Positions 36,648 to 44,480 of a stretch of DNA of 64,000 bases are shown piece by piece. The translations under genes and the position numbers were made by a program. This DNA comes from a virus. The stretch is from the IMG/VR virus record IMGVR_UViG_3300029904_000002, positions 1-64,000 of that record; one strand, given 5' to 3'. The notes under the pieces are model-generated. The model made no database searches. It saw only the letters and a list, made by a program, of their open reading frames with translations, and was not told where the DNA came from. Position 1 is the first letter of the stretch; the number at the start of each line of letters is the position of its first letter.

Positions 36648-37304
36648 ATGGAAGAATTAATCAAAGTTTCTGAAATCTTTAGGTCCATAGATGGAGAGGG
36701 TATCCGAACAGGATACCCTGTAACCTTCATACGTCTATATGGATGTAATCTTAAATGTAGTTACTGTGATTCTTCATATGCAACTACATATGGTGATTAT
36801 ACATTGATGAGTATATCAGATATCGTAGAACATGTAGATTACTTTGGTTTACACAGAATCACATTAACAGGAGGAGAACCGCTTGCATGCGATCAATGTT
36901 ATGATTTGGTAACTGCATTAACTGATGCAGGATATGAAGTAAATATTGAGACTAATGGAAGTCTTTCAATACTTCCATATGTTGATATGAAAAATGTGAT
37001 CCTTACTATGGATTATAAGTGTCCTTCATCTAATATGGAAGATAGAATGAATAGATTGAATCTTCCTCTATTAAGATCAAAAGATGTTCTAAAGTTTGTA
37101 GTAGGATCTAAACTTGACCTATCAACTATGCTTGCAGTGGTTAATGGATATGATATTAGTGCAAACATCTTTGTTAGTCCCGTATTTGGAGAGATAGATC
37201 CTAAAGAAATTGTAGATTTTCTTATCTGTAATGAAGTTGAAAATGTTCGTATTCAACTTCAGTTGCACAAGATAATTTGGGATCCAAATATGAGAGGAGT
37301 GTAA
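36648..37304 (+). CDS. queE: 7-carboxy-7-deazaguanine synthase (radical SAM)
   Basis: 218 aa; CNLKCSYCDS cluster motif; position between queD and folE. Confidence 0.88.
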   Translation: MEELIKVSEIFRSIDGEGIRTGYPVTFIRLYGCNLKCSYCDSSYATTYGDYTLMSISDIVEHVDYFGLHRITLTGGEPLACDQCYDLVTALTDAGYEVNIETNGSLSILPYVDMKNVILTMDYKCPSSNMEDRMNRLNLPLLRSKDVLKFVVGSKLDLSTMLAVVNGYDISANIFVSPVFGEIDPKEIVDFLICNEVENVRIQLQLHKIIWDPNMRGV

Positions 37305-37307
37305 GAT

Positions 37308-37934
37308 ATGAAAGATGGATTGAATAAGGAGTACTGGGATACTCAATTGATAAAATCTATAGTTCCAGGAGAAGATCCAAATGTTGTCATAGAAAAATGC
37401 GTATATAACATATTACTTGCATTAGGAGAAAATCCAGATAGACCTGGATTGGTTGAAACTCCTAAAAGAGTGAGAAAAGCCTATCAAGAAATATTTAGCT
37501 CAATCGATAAATCTAATGAAAGAATAGCTGAGGAAAACTCGAAATCATTTGATATTGAATCTAATGATCTTGTAACAGAGCTTCATATTCCATGCTATTC
37601 TATGTGTGAGCATCATTTACTTCCGATGAAACTCGATATCAGTATCGGTTATCTTCCTAAAGGTAAAGTTTTAGGCCTTTCTAAGATGGCTAGAATTGCA
37701 GACGCTGTCTGCAGGAGACCTCAGCTTCAGGAGAGAATTGGACATGATATTGCGGACATCATGATGAAAGCAACTGGTAGCGAAGATGTAATTGTAGTAA
37801 TATCAGGAGAGCATTATTGCATGACAATGCGCGGAGTTAAGAAACCTGGGACTTATACAAGAACAGCAGCTATGAGAGGTAAATTTGATACTGATCATGC
37901 ACTCAGACAAGAGTTCTACAATCTTATAGGTTAG
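37308..37934 (+). CDS. folE: GTP cyclohydrolase I
   Basis: 208 aa; CEHHLLP motif. Confidence 0.9.
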   Translation: MKDGLNKEYWDTQLIKSIVPGEDPNVVIEKCVYNILLALGENPDRPGLVETPKRVRKAYQEIFSSIDKSNERIAEENSKSFDIESNDLVTELHIPCYSMCEHHLLPMKLDISIGYLPKGKVLGLSKMARIADAVCRRPQLQERIGHDIADIMMKATGSEDVIVVISGEHYCMTMRGVKKPGTYTRTAAMRGKFDTDHALRQEFYNLIG

Positions 37935-37937
37935 TAT

Positions 37938-37950
37938 GAATCGTTATTAA
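37938..37950 (+). promoter_or_regulatory. gAATCGTTAt promoter-like motif copy (GAATCGTTATTAA), nested in a terminator
   Basis: 4 nt after the folE stop; its 3' end forms the base of the 37949-37979 hairpin; 49 nt upstream of ATG 37999. Confidence 0.55.
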
Positions 37951-37980
37951 GTGTGATACATGCGATATGTATCACACTTT
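37949..37980 (+). terminator. 12-bp stem-loop with T tail
   Basis: AAGTGTGATACA-TGCGATA-TGTATCACACTT, then TCTTTAT. Confidence 0.65.
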
Positions 37981-37998
37981 CTTTATGGAGGAGTGAAT

Positions 37999-38811
37999 AT
38001 GAATAACATTGATAAAATACTTCAATATCTACAACTTGTATCAAAACATCCTATCATTGTAGATGATCAGATATATGATAGGTGTTTAAAGATACATAGA
38101 ATACAACTTTCTAATACATTTTTCTTGACAGATGGATGTAATTCTTGTGGATGCTGTGATGTTCCTGAAGATAATGTATATGTTCAGTTTGAATATGATC
38201 GTATTATGAATATAAGTGAACCTGAATATCATTCATACAATAAACTGCTTGATATGAATCAACTTCAACGATTGCGTGATGGACTGAAGCAGGAAATGCA
38301 TACAATTAATTTTAAGCGTGTACCTGTATATGTTTTCAAGTTAGAGAAGCAGCATCTGTATTTATCGCAAAAGCAGAAGGTTGTTGAAAGATGTACCTGG
38401 TCCTTTAGCCCTGATAGAGATCATCCGGAAGAACCTACAGATAAATTTACAACGTATTATTGTCATATTCATCCAGTCACATCAATCACTTGTAAGATGC
38501 CGCATCTTAGATTTTTAAATAATTCTAAATCTGATTGTTGCAGAATCGGAATATATCAGTTTGGAAGAAATTGGGCAACTAAATGTCCTATCATATTTAA
38601 AGATCCTGAATCTGAGTCTGTCTTCAGTGCAAACAAGAAAAATCGACTTGATAAACTTGAATATCTGCAGAAAGTTTCGGAGGAGCTTGGAATAGATACT
38701 TATTTACCAAATATAATCCAATTTGTATCAAAAATATCCTTCAATAACTACAGAGATTACTTGAATGTAGATATTGTAAACACACAATCTAAATCGAAAA
38801 GATTATTCTGA
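37999..38811 (+). CDS. CxxCxxCC (YkgJ/UPF0153-like) putative Fe-S or zinc protein
   Basis: ORF track 37960..38811; ATG 37999 behind GGAGG; motif CNSCGCC; further Cys/His-rich segments; not TGT-like. Confidence 0.6.
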   Translation: MNNIDKILQYLQLVSKHPIIVDDQIYDRCLKIHRIQLSNTFFLTDGCNSCGCCDVPEDNVYVQFEYDRIMNISEPEYHSYNKLLDMNQLQRLRDGLKQEMHTINFKRVPVYVFKLEKQHLYLSQKQKVVERCTWSFSPDRDHPEEPTDKFTTYYCHIHPVTSITCKMPHLRFLNNSKSDCCRIGIYQFGRNWATKCPIIFKDPESESVFSANKKNRLDKLEYLQKVSEELGIDTYLPNIIQFVSKISFNNYRDYLNVDIVNTQSKSKRLF

Positions 38812-38819
38812 GGTATATC

Positions 38820-39005
38820 ATGAAACATAAAGGTTTGATACAATTTATATTCTATACTGCTATGTGCATACTTGGTGCATTTGTTGTATTATCTATATGC
38901 ATGTATATTCCTCTAAGATATTTACTTCCAACACTTATTATCACTGCTACTGCTTGGTCAATATTAGAAGTAATCCTTGGAGAATATATTTTCAAAGATA
39001 GATAG
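38820..39005 (+). CDS. small membrane protein
   Basis: 61 aa, two hydrophobic segments. Confidence 0.5.
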   Translation: MKHKGLIQFIFYTAMCILGAFVVLSICMYIPLRYLLPTLIITATAWSILEVILGEYIFKDR

Positions 39006-39042
39006 AACCTTCAATATTTTATATGAAGGAGGTCTCTGTCAA

Positions 39043-39444
39043 ATGAAAAGAGTTCTCAGATCGAGTTTAAATGTTCCGAAAGATTTTGAGATCATAAGAT
39101 GCATGTTTGCAGATGCATCTGATAGATCTAATATATTTGCAGCAATCAGCACTAAAGAAATAACAAAGAATATGGTCCGTGCAAAATCTTCTAATATATG
39201 GAGTTATGCTATTAATGTTAGGAATGCTAAGGACAGTACGGGTGATATGTATATTCAGTTTAAAGGAAGAGATGGTGGACCTGATGATATTTATATGTAT
39301 TTCGATGTCCCAATAAGAATATACAGAAGATTTGTAACTGCTACATCGAAGGGCCACTTTTTTTGGCAGTATATTCGAAACAATTATAAGTACCGAAAGC
39401 TTACAGGGAATAAACGAGGTGTGCTTCCTAACGCAGTTAATTAA
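39043..39444 (+). CDS. KTSC-domain protein, N-terminus MKRVLRSS
   Basis: ORF track 38977..39444; ATG 39043 behind GGAGG; SSNIWSYAINV..YMYFDVPIRIYRRFVTATSKGHFFWQYIRNNYKY matches the KTSC pattern. Confidence 0.72.
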   Translation: MKRVLRSSLNVPKDFEIIRCMFADASDRSNIFAAISTKEITKNMVRAKSSNIWSYAINVRNAKDSTGDMYIQFKGRDGGPDDIYMYFDVPIRIYRRFVTATSKGHFFWQYIRNNYKYRKLTGNKRGVLPNAVN

Positions 39445-39458
39445 GTAGGTGGTAAATC

Positions 39459-39617
39459 ATGCAGATAACAGTAGTTCTAATAATTGCTTTAATCCTCGGA
39501 GTTGCAAGTTTGTTTCTGCTTGTTAAGGGTTCAAGAAACGAATATGATGATTATCAATCAGATGAAGATCAAATAAAATATTTAGAAGAATGGCGTAAAG
39601 ATCACAACAAACTTTGA
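39459..39617 (+). CDS. small single-pass membrane protein, 52 aa
   Basis: Own translation MQITVVLIIALILGVASLFLLVKGSRNEYDDY...; below the ORF-track cutoff. Confidence 0.4.
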   Translation: MQITVVLIIALILGVASLFLLVKGSRNEYDDYQSDEDQIKYLEEWRKDHNKL

Positions 39618-39639
39618 TGTGAAAGGAGCTGATAGTTCA

Positions 39640-40113
39640 ATGGATACTATTCTTCAAGAGATTTCAAAAGAAGATGCATTGAAAAGATACTTGGAAGGTG
39701 AAGATATACAGGTTCTTCGACCTACAACAAATGGTCGTCTTGCGATGTGGTCAATGAGTGAATTATTTCAAGGATCTAGGTTTCTTGTAGAATCAAACAA
39801 TAAGAAATCAATTCATGGAGTTATCAAGTTAGAAGACCCTGGATTTGAAAATATCATCGAAGATCTATTTGAGCATTCAAGTAGTGCTGATCAGACTTCT
39901 AATGAGGACATACATCAACAAATTCAAGGATCTGAATTAACACATAAGGGTGATTGTATCATTGATACAGAAGATAAACCTCGTAAGAGGAGAATTCGCA
40001 TTGATTTAGGAAAATTAAAATCTCTTAGAGATGCAGGATGGAAACAGAAAGATGTAGCAGAAGAATTGCACTGCTCAATTCAGTCAGTTCGAAACTATTG
40101 GAATAAGGTATGA
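39640..40113 (+). CDS. hypothetical protein with C-terminal HTH
   Basis: ORF track 39619..40113; ATG 39640; C-term WKQKDVAEELHCSIQSVRNYW. Confidence 0.55.
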   Translation: MDTILQEISKEDALKRYLEGEDIQVLRPTTNGRLAMWSMSELFQGSRFLVESNNKKSIHGVIKLEDPGFENIIEDLFEHSSSADQTSNEDIHQQIQGSELTHKGDCIIDTEDKPRKRRIRIDLGKLKSLRDAGWKQKDVAEELHCSIQSVRNYWNKV

Positions 40114-40115
40114 TA

Positions 40116-40143
40116 ATAGCACAGAATGTGTTCTGTGCTATTT
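40116..40143 (+). terminator. intrinsic terminator
   Basis: 11-bp stem ATAGCACAGAA/TTCTGTGCTAT, loop TGTG, then TTTCT. Confidence 0.7.
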
Positions 40144-40152
40144 CTATGTATT

Positions 40153-40165
40153 GAATCGTTAAATT
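40153..40165 (+). promoter_or_regulatory. gAATCGTTAt promoter-like motif copy (GAATCGTTAAATT)
   Basis: 10 nt after the terminator; 44 nt upstream of ATG 40209. Confidence 0.6.
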
Positions 40166-40208
40166 ATGATGTAATTACATACATTATCATATGATAGGAG
40201 GAAACAAC

Positions 40209-41189
40209 ATGGCGAAAGACTACATATATGTAGGAGAGACACCTTGGGGTAAACTTGGCACTCTATATGAAGACAGCAAACCCAAGACTTCTCAAGAAAT
40301 TATTCAAGCAGCGGATCTTGATTGGAAAGTCGGTGCAACTCGCATGTACACACAGTTTCATCAGCAAGTAGACAGATGGCACTGTATCTACAAAGAAGAT
40401 GAGGTAAAATCTGTAATCGGAGCTGTAAACGTAGCTTATCCGAAACTCATTCAGAATGACGAAACATTTAAGTTAATTGAAAGCATGCTTGGTAACAAGA
40501 TCGAAGTTGAAACTTGTGGGCATGTAAACGGAGATGAAAAAGTATTTGGATGTTTCAAAGTTATGGATTCGTTTAAACTATTTGATGATGACGTAGATCA
40601 GTATCTTGTAGTGTTGAATGAGCATCTGAAGGTAGATGGTAAGATAACAATTCTTTATACACCTGTAAGGATTGTTTGCCAGAATACACTTGCATATGCA
40701 TTGAATAACAATGTATTTAAAGTAAGAGTAGCTGTAAGTCCAGATGTGCAGATTAATCAGCAGATGTGTTACAGTATAAATGATCAGATAGCTATTGCAT
40801 CTTCACAGCTTACAGGTAGGTCTTCAAAATACTATAAGGTGAGAATCGGTCGAGATGAGGTTGAGCATTTCTTGGATGATATGTTCCCCATTATGGAAGA
40901 TCCAACAGGATCTCATGCCAAAGCAAATGAGCAGCAGGAGATTGCCCGGGAGACATTCTTATCACAGTGCATGAATAGACCGGACCTCAATAATTATAGA
41001 GGTACTGGATATCAGCTGTTCCAAGCATCTATGGACTTCTTCCAGCATTACAAAACAAGTTCTGACAAAGTATATGATTTAACATACAGAATGTCATTAC
41101 TTCCAGGCCAGGGATCTGATTCTGCAAATACCTCAATGAAGAAAACAATAACATTCTTGAATAAGCTGATAGATAAGCAGGCAGCATAA
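40209..41189 (+). CDS. DUF932 / TIGR03299-like phage-plasmid protein
   Basis: ORF track 40191..41189; ATG 40209; N-term ETPWGKLG and internal PVRIVCQNTL match the family pattern from memory. Confidence 0.65.
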   Translation: MAKDYIYVGETPWGKLGTLYEDSKPKTSQEIIQAADLDWKVGATRMYTQFHQQVDRWHCIYKEDEVKSVIGAVNVAYPKLIQNDETFKLIESMLGNKIEVETCGHVNGDEKVFGCFKVMDSFKLFDDDVDQYLVVLNEHLKVDGKITILYTPVRIVCQNTLAYALNNNVFKVRVAVSPDVQINQQMCYSINDQIAIASSQLTGRSSKYYKVRIGRDEVEHFLDDMFPIMEDPTGSHAKANEQQEIARETFLSQCMNRPDLNNYRGTGYQLFQASMDFFQHYKTSSDKVYDLTYRMSLLPGQGSDSANTSMKKTITFLNKLIDKQAA

Positions 41190-41237
41190 TCTAGATAGTA
41201 GAACATTACAAGAGCGGAGATTGAAATATATCTCTGC

Positions 41238-41993
41238 TCAAATACTTTCGTAAACATCTAAACTATCATGCAATTGTTTGTAAAGATCTGCTTCTGCTCG
41301 AGGTAGCTCTTTCTTCAAGTCATAAAAATCTATTCCAAACATATCCGACATTGCTTGAAGTTTTTTATCATCAAGTTTACATTCATTCTCAATCATTTCA
41401 TGTATCAAAAAATCATGTATAGAATCATAATTATCTGACATATCCCTAAATAGATCAGGCTTAGCAGCTTCAATATAAATCTCGTGTGTTTCAAGATCAG
41501 CAGAGTATAATGATCCAAATATTGCTTTCAAAGAATTCATCTCATCTGCAGTCAATTTAACTATTGGATTTGATAGATCTTCGTATGTAACTTTTGCCCA
41601 ATGCTTATCAAGTTGTTTCGCTACTTTCATACATAAAGAGCGACGAACTGAATACTTAACTTCATCAAGTTCTCGCTCCATAACTTCTGTTATTCTCGGT
41701 TTAAAGAATACGGTAAATGACAAATCGGCTCTATATTTAGGAGTCCAACGATACTTCCACCACATGGTCAACCAAGCATAAATAGCAGTATTAAGTTTAT
41801 CTTCGTACGACACATATTGATTATTCACAAACTTATGCGACGCTACATATCCAAAAAACGCATAATTGAGTTCTAATATCTGATCACGTATATCATGCCG
41901 AGATTGTCGAGCCTCTAACTCCATAGGTAGTTGATCATACAGTTCTATTGTCTTTTGTTTTATTTGTTCGTTCGTCATATACTCTGCCTCCAA
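41238..41993 (-). CDS. sigma-70-family-like factor (phage sigma candidate)
   Basis: 251 aa; ILELNYAFFGYVASHKF....YEDKLNTAIYAWL resembles region 2; C-terminal LDDKKLQAMSDMFGIDFYDLKKEL resembles a region-4 HTH. The gene call is solid; the function is tentative. Confidence 0.5.
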   Translation of the reverse strand: MEAEYMTNEQIKQKTIELYDQLPMELEARQSRHDIRDQILELNYAFFGYVASHKFVNNQYVSYEDKLNTAIYAWLTMWWKYRWTPKYRADLSFTVFFKPRITEVMERELDEVKYSVRRSLCMKVAKQLDKHWAKVTYEDLSNPIVKLTADEMNSLKAIFGSLYSADLETHEIYIEAAKPDLFRDMSDNYDSIHDFLIHEMIENECKLDDKKLQAMSDMFGIDFYDLKKELPRAEADLYKQLHDSLDVYESI

Positions 41994-42295
41994 GTTAACT
42001 CACACATACTACAATTTAATCGTTCAAATATTACATCATACATATATTATATAATATTCAACACAGAAATTATAGATGTTTCGTAAAACTTATATAAAAG
42101 ATTATATGATGAATTAGATCATCAACGTGTGCATCATATGTACATGAACTACATCAAAGATTTCAACTTGATAAATACATGACATTTGTTTAATATCTAG
42201 AAACATCAGTATTCTATTTAGAACTTGGTAAATTCTATAATTATCAATGAATATCTTATATCCAGAAATTTAAAGAAATTAGTTAAAATTAATCA

Positions 42296-42383
42296 ATTGA
42301 ATTTCTGGAGTATTTCATAGATTACCTGATTGATGGTGTGCATAGCAATTATGAACTAGGGAGATTTATGAAATTGAATTTCT
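42296..42383. repeat. 11-mer ATTGAATTTCT x2 (42296, 42373) with a 9/11 copy at 42570
   Basis: Direct repeats in the most AT-rich part of the 1.26-kb non-coding region. Confidence 0.5.
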
Positions 42384-42439
42384 ATGAATTTAATTGTAAT
42401 TCTAAGAAAATTAGCAAATTCAGCGGTTGAGCTCGTGTA

Positions 42440-42449
42440 CGCACGTGCG
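42440..42449. promoter_or_regulatory. GC-rich perfect palindrome CGCACGTGCG (possible operator)
   Basis: Isolated GC-rich island (GTGTACGCACGTGCGCGTAT) in otherwise AT-rich non-coding DNA. Confidence 0.3.
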
Positions 42450-42702
42450 CGTATAGAGATCATAGATCTCAAATAATAACAATCAAAGATTGTAAATATA
42501 ATAAATTATTTTCCTCTTAAAGAAAAATAATTAATACACGAATACTAAAGAATAGAGCGAGGGCGGAAGTTTGAATTTCACAGTGAGTAGCTCACCTAAA
42601 GGTTCGCCTCAAATAAAAACTAGCCATAGCTGGTCACACTCTTTTTATTCTATCCGTTGATATTTCTACTAGTTCGCAGATGTGAATTGATGCTTCATGT
42701 CA

Positions 42703-42715
42703 GAATCGTTAAACA
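42703..42715 (+). promoter_or_regulatory. gAATCGTTAt promoter-like motif copy (GAATCGTTAAACA) with no CDS downstream
   Basis: Orphan copy in the non-coding region, 173 nt upstream of the sigma-A-type promoter. Confidence 0.4.
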
Positions 42716-42875
42716 TAGTTGATAACAACTTCACTCCGGCAATCGAACTTTCGTTTTCAACGGTGTGGTGGTCATGGAAGTTATGTGCAGTACATATGAA
42801 ACGCAGTGAATTCAGTTGAATCTTAGTCGATTAGATGGCAGAAATAAACTTTTTCAAAAAATTTTAAAAATGGTA

Positions 42876-42904
42876 TTGACTTCTCAACAATTCGATGCTA
42901 TAAT
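42876..42904 (+). promoter_or_regulatory. near-consensus sigma-A-type promoter
   Basis: TTGACT, 17 nt spacer, TATAAT, with TG at the extended -10 position (TGCTATAAT). Confidence 0.75.
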
Positions 42905-42969
42905 TTATGATGTAGTCAACGATAGATGGATAAGAAGGTAACCTAGTAGTTAACATCGCGATATAGCGA

Positions 42970-42997
42970 TTGACATGAACGGTGACATTTTTATCAT
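42970..42997 (+). promoter_or_regulatory. second sigma-A-type promoter candidate
   Basis: TTGACA, 16 nt spacer, TATCAT. Confidence 0.45.
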
Positions 42998-43080
42998 CTA
43001 TCAAAAGTTGACTCACACATATTTGATTCTTCTAGATGATCAACTAGGAGACGAGTACAATTGAATATGTTTAGAAGCAT

Positions 43081-43235
43081 GAAGCCGATGAGACTCACCC
43101 CTTCGTCATTTGTTTTATGCTATCTAGTAAGGTGTAGGGCTAAATGCCCTGACCGACATAGGAAAGGGTGAGTCCTATATCTAGATAGTATAAAAGAATT
43201 GACGAAGGGAATCTCATCGGCTTTTTATTTTTTTC
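43081..43235 (+). ncRNA. ~145-nt multi-helix RNA ending in a U-tract (complex terminator, riboregulator or early ncRNA 3' domain)
   Basis: Nested helices 43081-93/43212-24 (13 bp), 43099-108/43200-209 (10 bp), 43117-27/43181-91 (11 bp). These are capped by hairpins AGGGC-TAAAT-GCCCT and ATAGGA-AAGGGTGAG-TCCTAT. Followed by TTTTTATTTTTTT. Confidence 0.6.
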
Positions 43236-43254
43236 ATCTCAGGAGGTACTACAT

Positions 43255-44466
43255 ATGTTTTTTATGAATTATGGTGGTCTGGAAAACACATCAGTCAAGA
43301 TGCTGAAGTATGCAATGGATTTGCAACATGTGGAAGGTACTATGTATGCGAGCACCAAAGAAAAAGTGGAGAAAAGTATTGACAATCTAGAAAAATCTTT
43401 AGAGATCATGAAAGAATTTCTAGAAGCTCATAAGGATGACAATACCAAAGGGGGCGGAAATCGTCGAAATTCTTTCGATTATGACGAACTAGATAAACGA
43501 TATGTTACAAAGGAGGAGTTTAACAAGTTAGATAAAAAAGTTGATGATGTGCTTGATAAACTTGGACAACTATTAGATAGGTCGGTATCTGTAGCATGTG
43601 ATGCTGTTGAAACTGTGAAATCTGCTATAGTTCCTGATGAATATGACCCTAAGTTTGCATCAACGGCTGAATCAAAACCATATATAGACCTTCCTGCTAC
43701 TGCTACTAAATCTGAAAAACATAAGAAAGCAAAGGACCTTCGTAAGCTCATGAGACGTAATCATGAGCTTCTTAACAATGTGCCAGAAGAAATCGGAGCA
43801 GCTACCGGATTTAAAGAGATGGTGGAATGCACGGAGCTCATAAAGCATTGGTTTAATTGCAGATTTCATCCTAGCAACTATCCTTCTAAAGGATTCAATG
43901 CTGATAATATATACAATTACACACAGCAGATAATTGGTGCATATGTATACTATTGGAATCAAGGTGTTGTAGCGAAGAAGAATTTCATTAGTGAGTTCAA
44001 TGCTTGGTGTGATGGAATTAAGTCCGGTAAACCAAATCCATATGTATTACCTTCGATAGTAGCCGATATCAAATATACTCCCGAATGGTTTAAGCAACAC
44101 AGGATGTTCACTGATAGGAATGGAACTGCAGTTGCATTGATGTACGCAATATCTAATGCGATGTCACGCTATAGTGCTAGTTATGAAGAATTTTCTGATT
44201 GTTACCTTAATAGAAATCCGGATAACCGAAAACGTTTAGTAGATCTTATCGACAATGATATTTATGATAATATAGATAATGTGCATGACCAAGATGAATT
44301 CTTCAAATTTATCTGTAATGGTCGTAAGTTCATTAGAAACTTAGAAACATTTAAAAGTGAGGGGCAAAGGTACTTTACTTCAATAGCTGAGATTGGGGAC
44401 CCATCTCAATCTGACGATCGTTATAATATACCAGAGATGTTAGATCAAGAAGTTTGTTTTGCCTAA
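43255..44466 (+). CDS. hypothetical protein (first gene of the replication block)
   Basis: ORF track 403 aa; GGAGG 9 nt upstream. Confidence 0.7.
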   Translation: MFFMNYGGLENTSVKMLKYAMDLQHVEGTMYASTKEKVEKSIDNLEKSLEIMKEFLEAHKDDNTKGGGNRRNSFDYDELDKRYVTKEEFNKLDKKVDDVLDKLGQLLDRSVSVACDAVETVKSAIVPDEYDPKFASTAESKPYIDLPATATKSEKHKKAKDLRKLMRRNHELLNNVPEEIGAATGFKEMVECTELIKHWFNCRFHPSNYPSKGFNADNIYNYTQQIIGAYVYYWNQGVVAKKNFISEFNAWCDGIKSGKPNPYVLPSIVADIKYTPEWFKQHRMFTDRNGTAVALMYAISNAMSRYSASYEEFSDCYLNRNPDNRKRLVDLIDNDIYDNIDNVHDQDEFFKFICNGRKFIRNLETFKSEGQRYFTSIAEIGDPSQSDDRYNIPEMLDQEVCFA

Positions 44467-44480
44467 GGAGGTTATGAACA

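Noticed and set aside
37999-38811. Whether the Cys-rich 270-aa protein after folE is the missing DpdA/TGT transglycosylase.
   Set aside because: The sequence has a CxxCxxCC signature and shows none of the features I associate with TGT-family enzymes, so I annotated it as YkgJ-like only.
43061-43171. A 36-codon leader ORF (TTG 43061 / ATG 43067, MNMFRSMKPMRLTPSSF...) overlapping the 5' half of the structured RNA, with AGGAG 10 nt upstream.
   Set aside because: It could mediate translational attenuation. However, its existence is equally expected by chance in a GC-balanced structured segment, and there is no supporting evidence.
43081-43235. An analogy to phi29 packaging RNA (paired ends, three-way junction, two loops).
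   Set aside because: The resemblance is architectural only. This genome is unrelated in size and gene content to phi29-like phages, and the complementary partner here is an internal loop of the same molecule.
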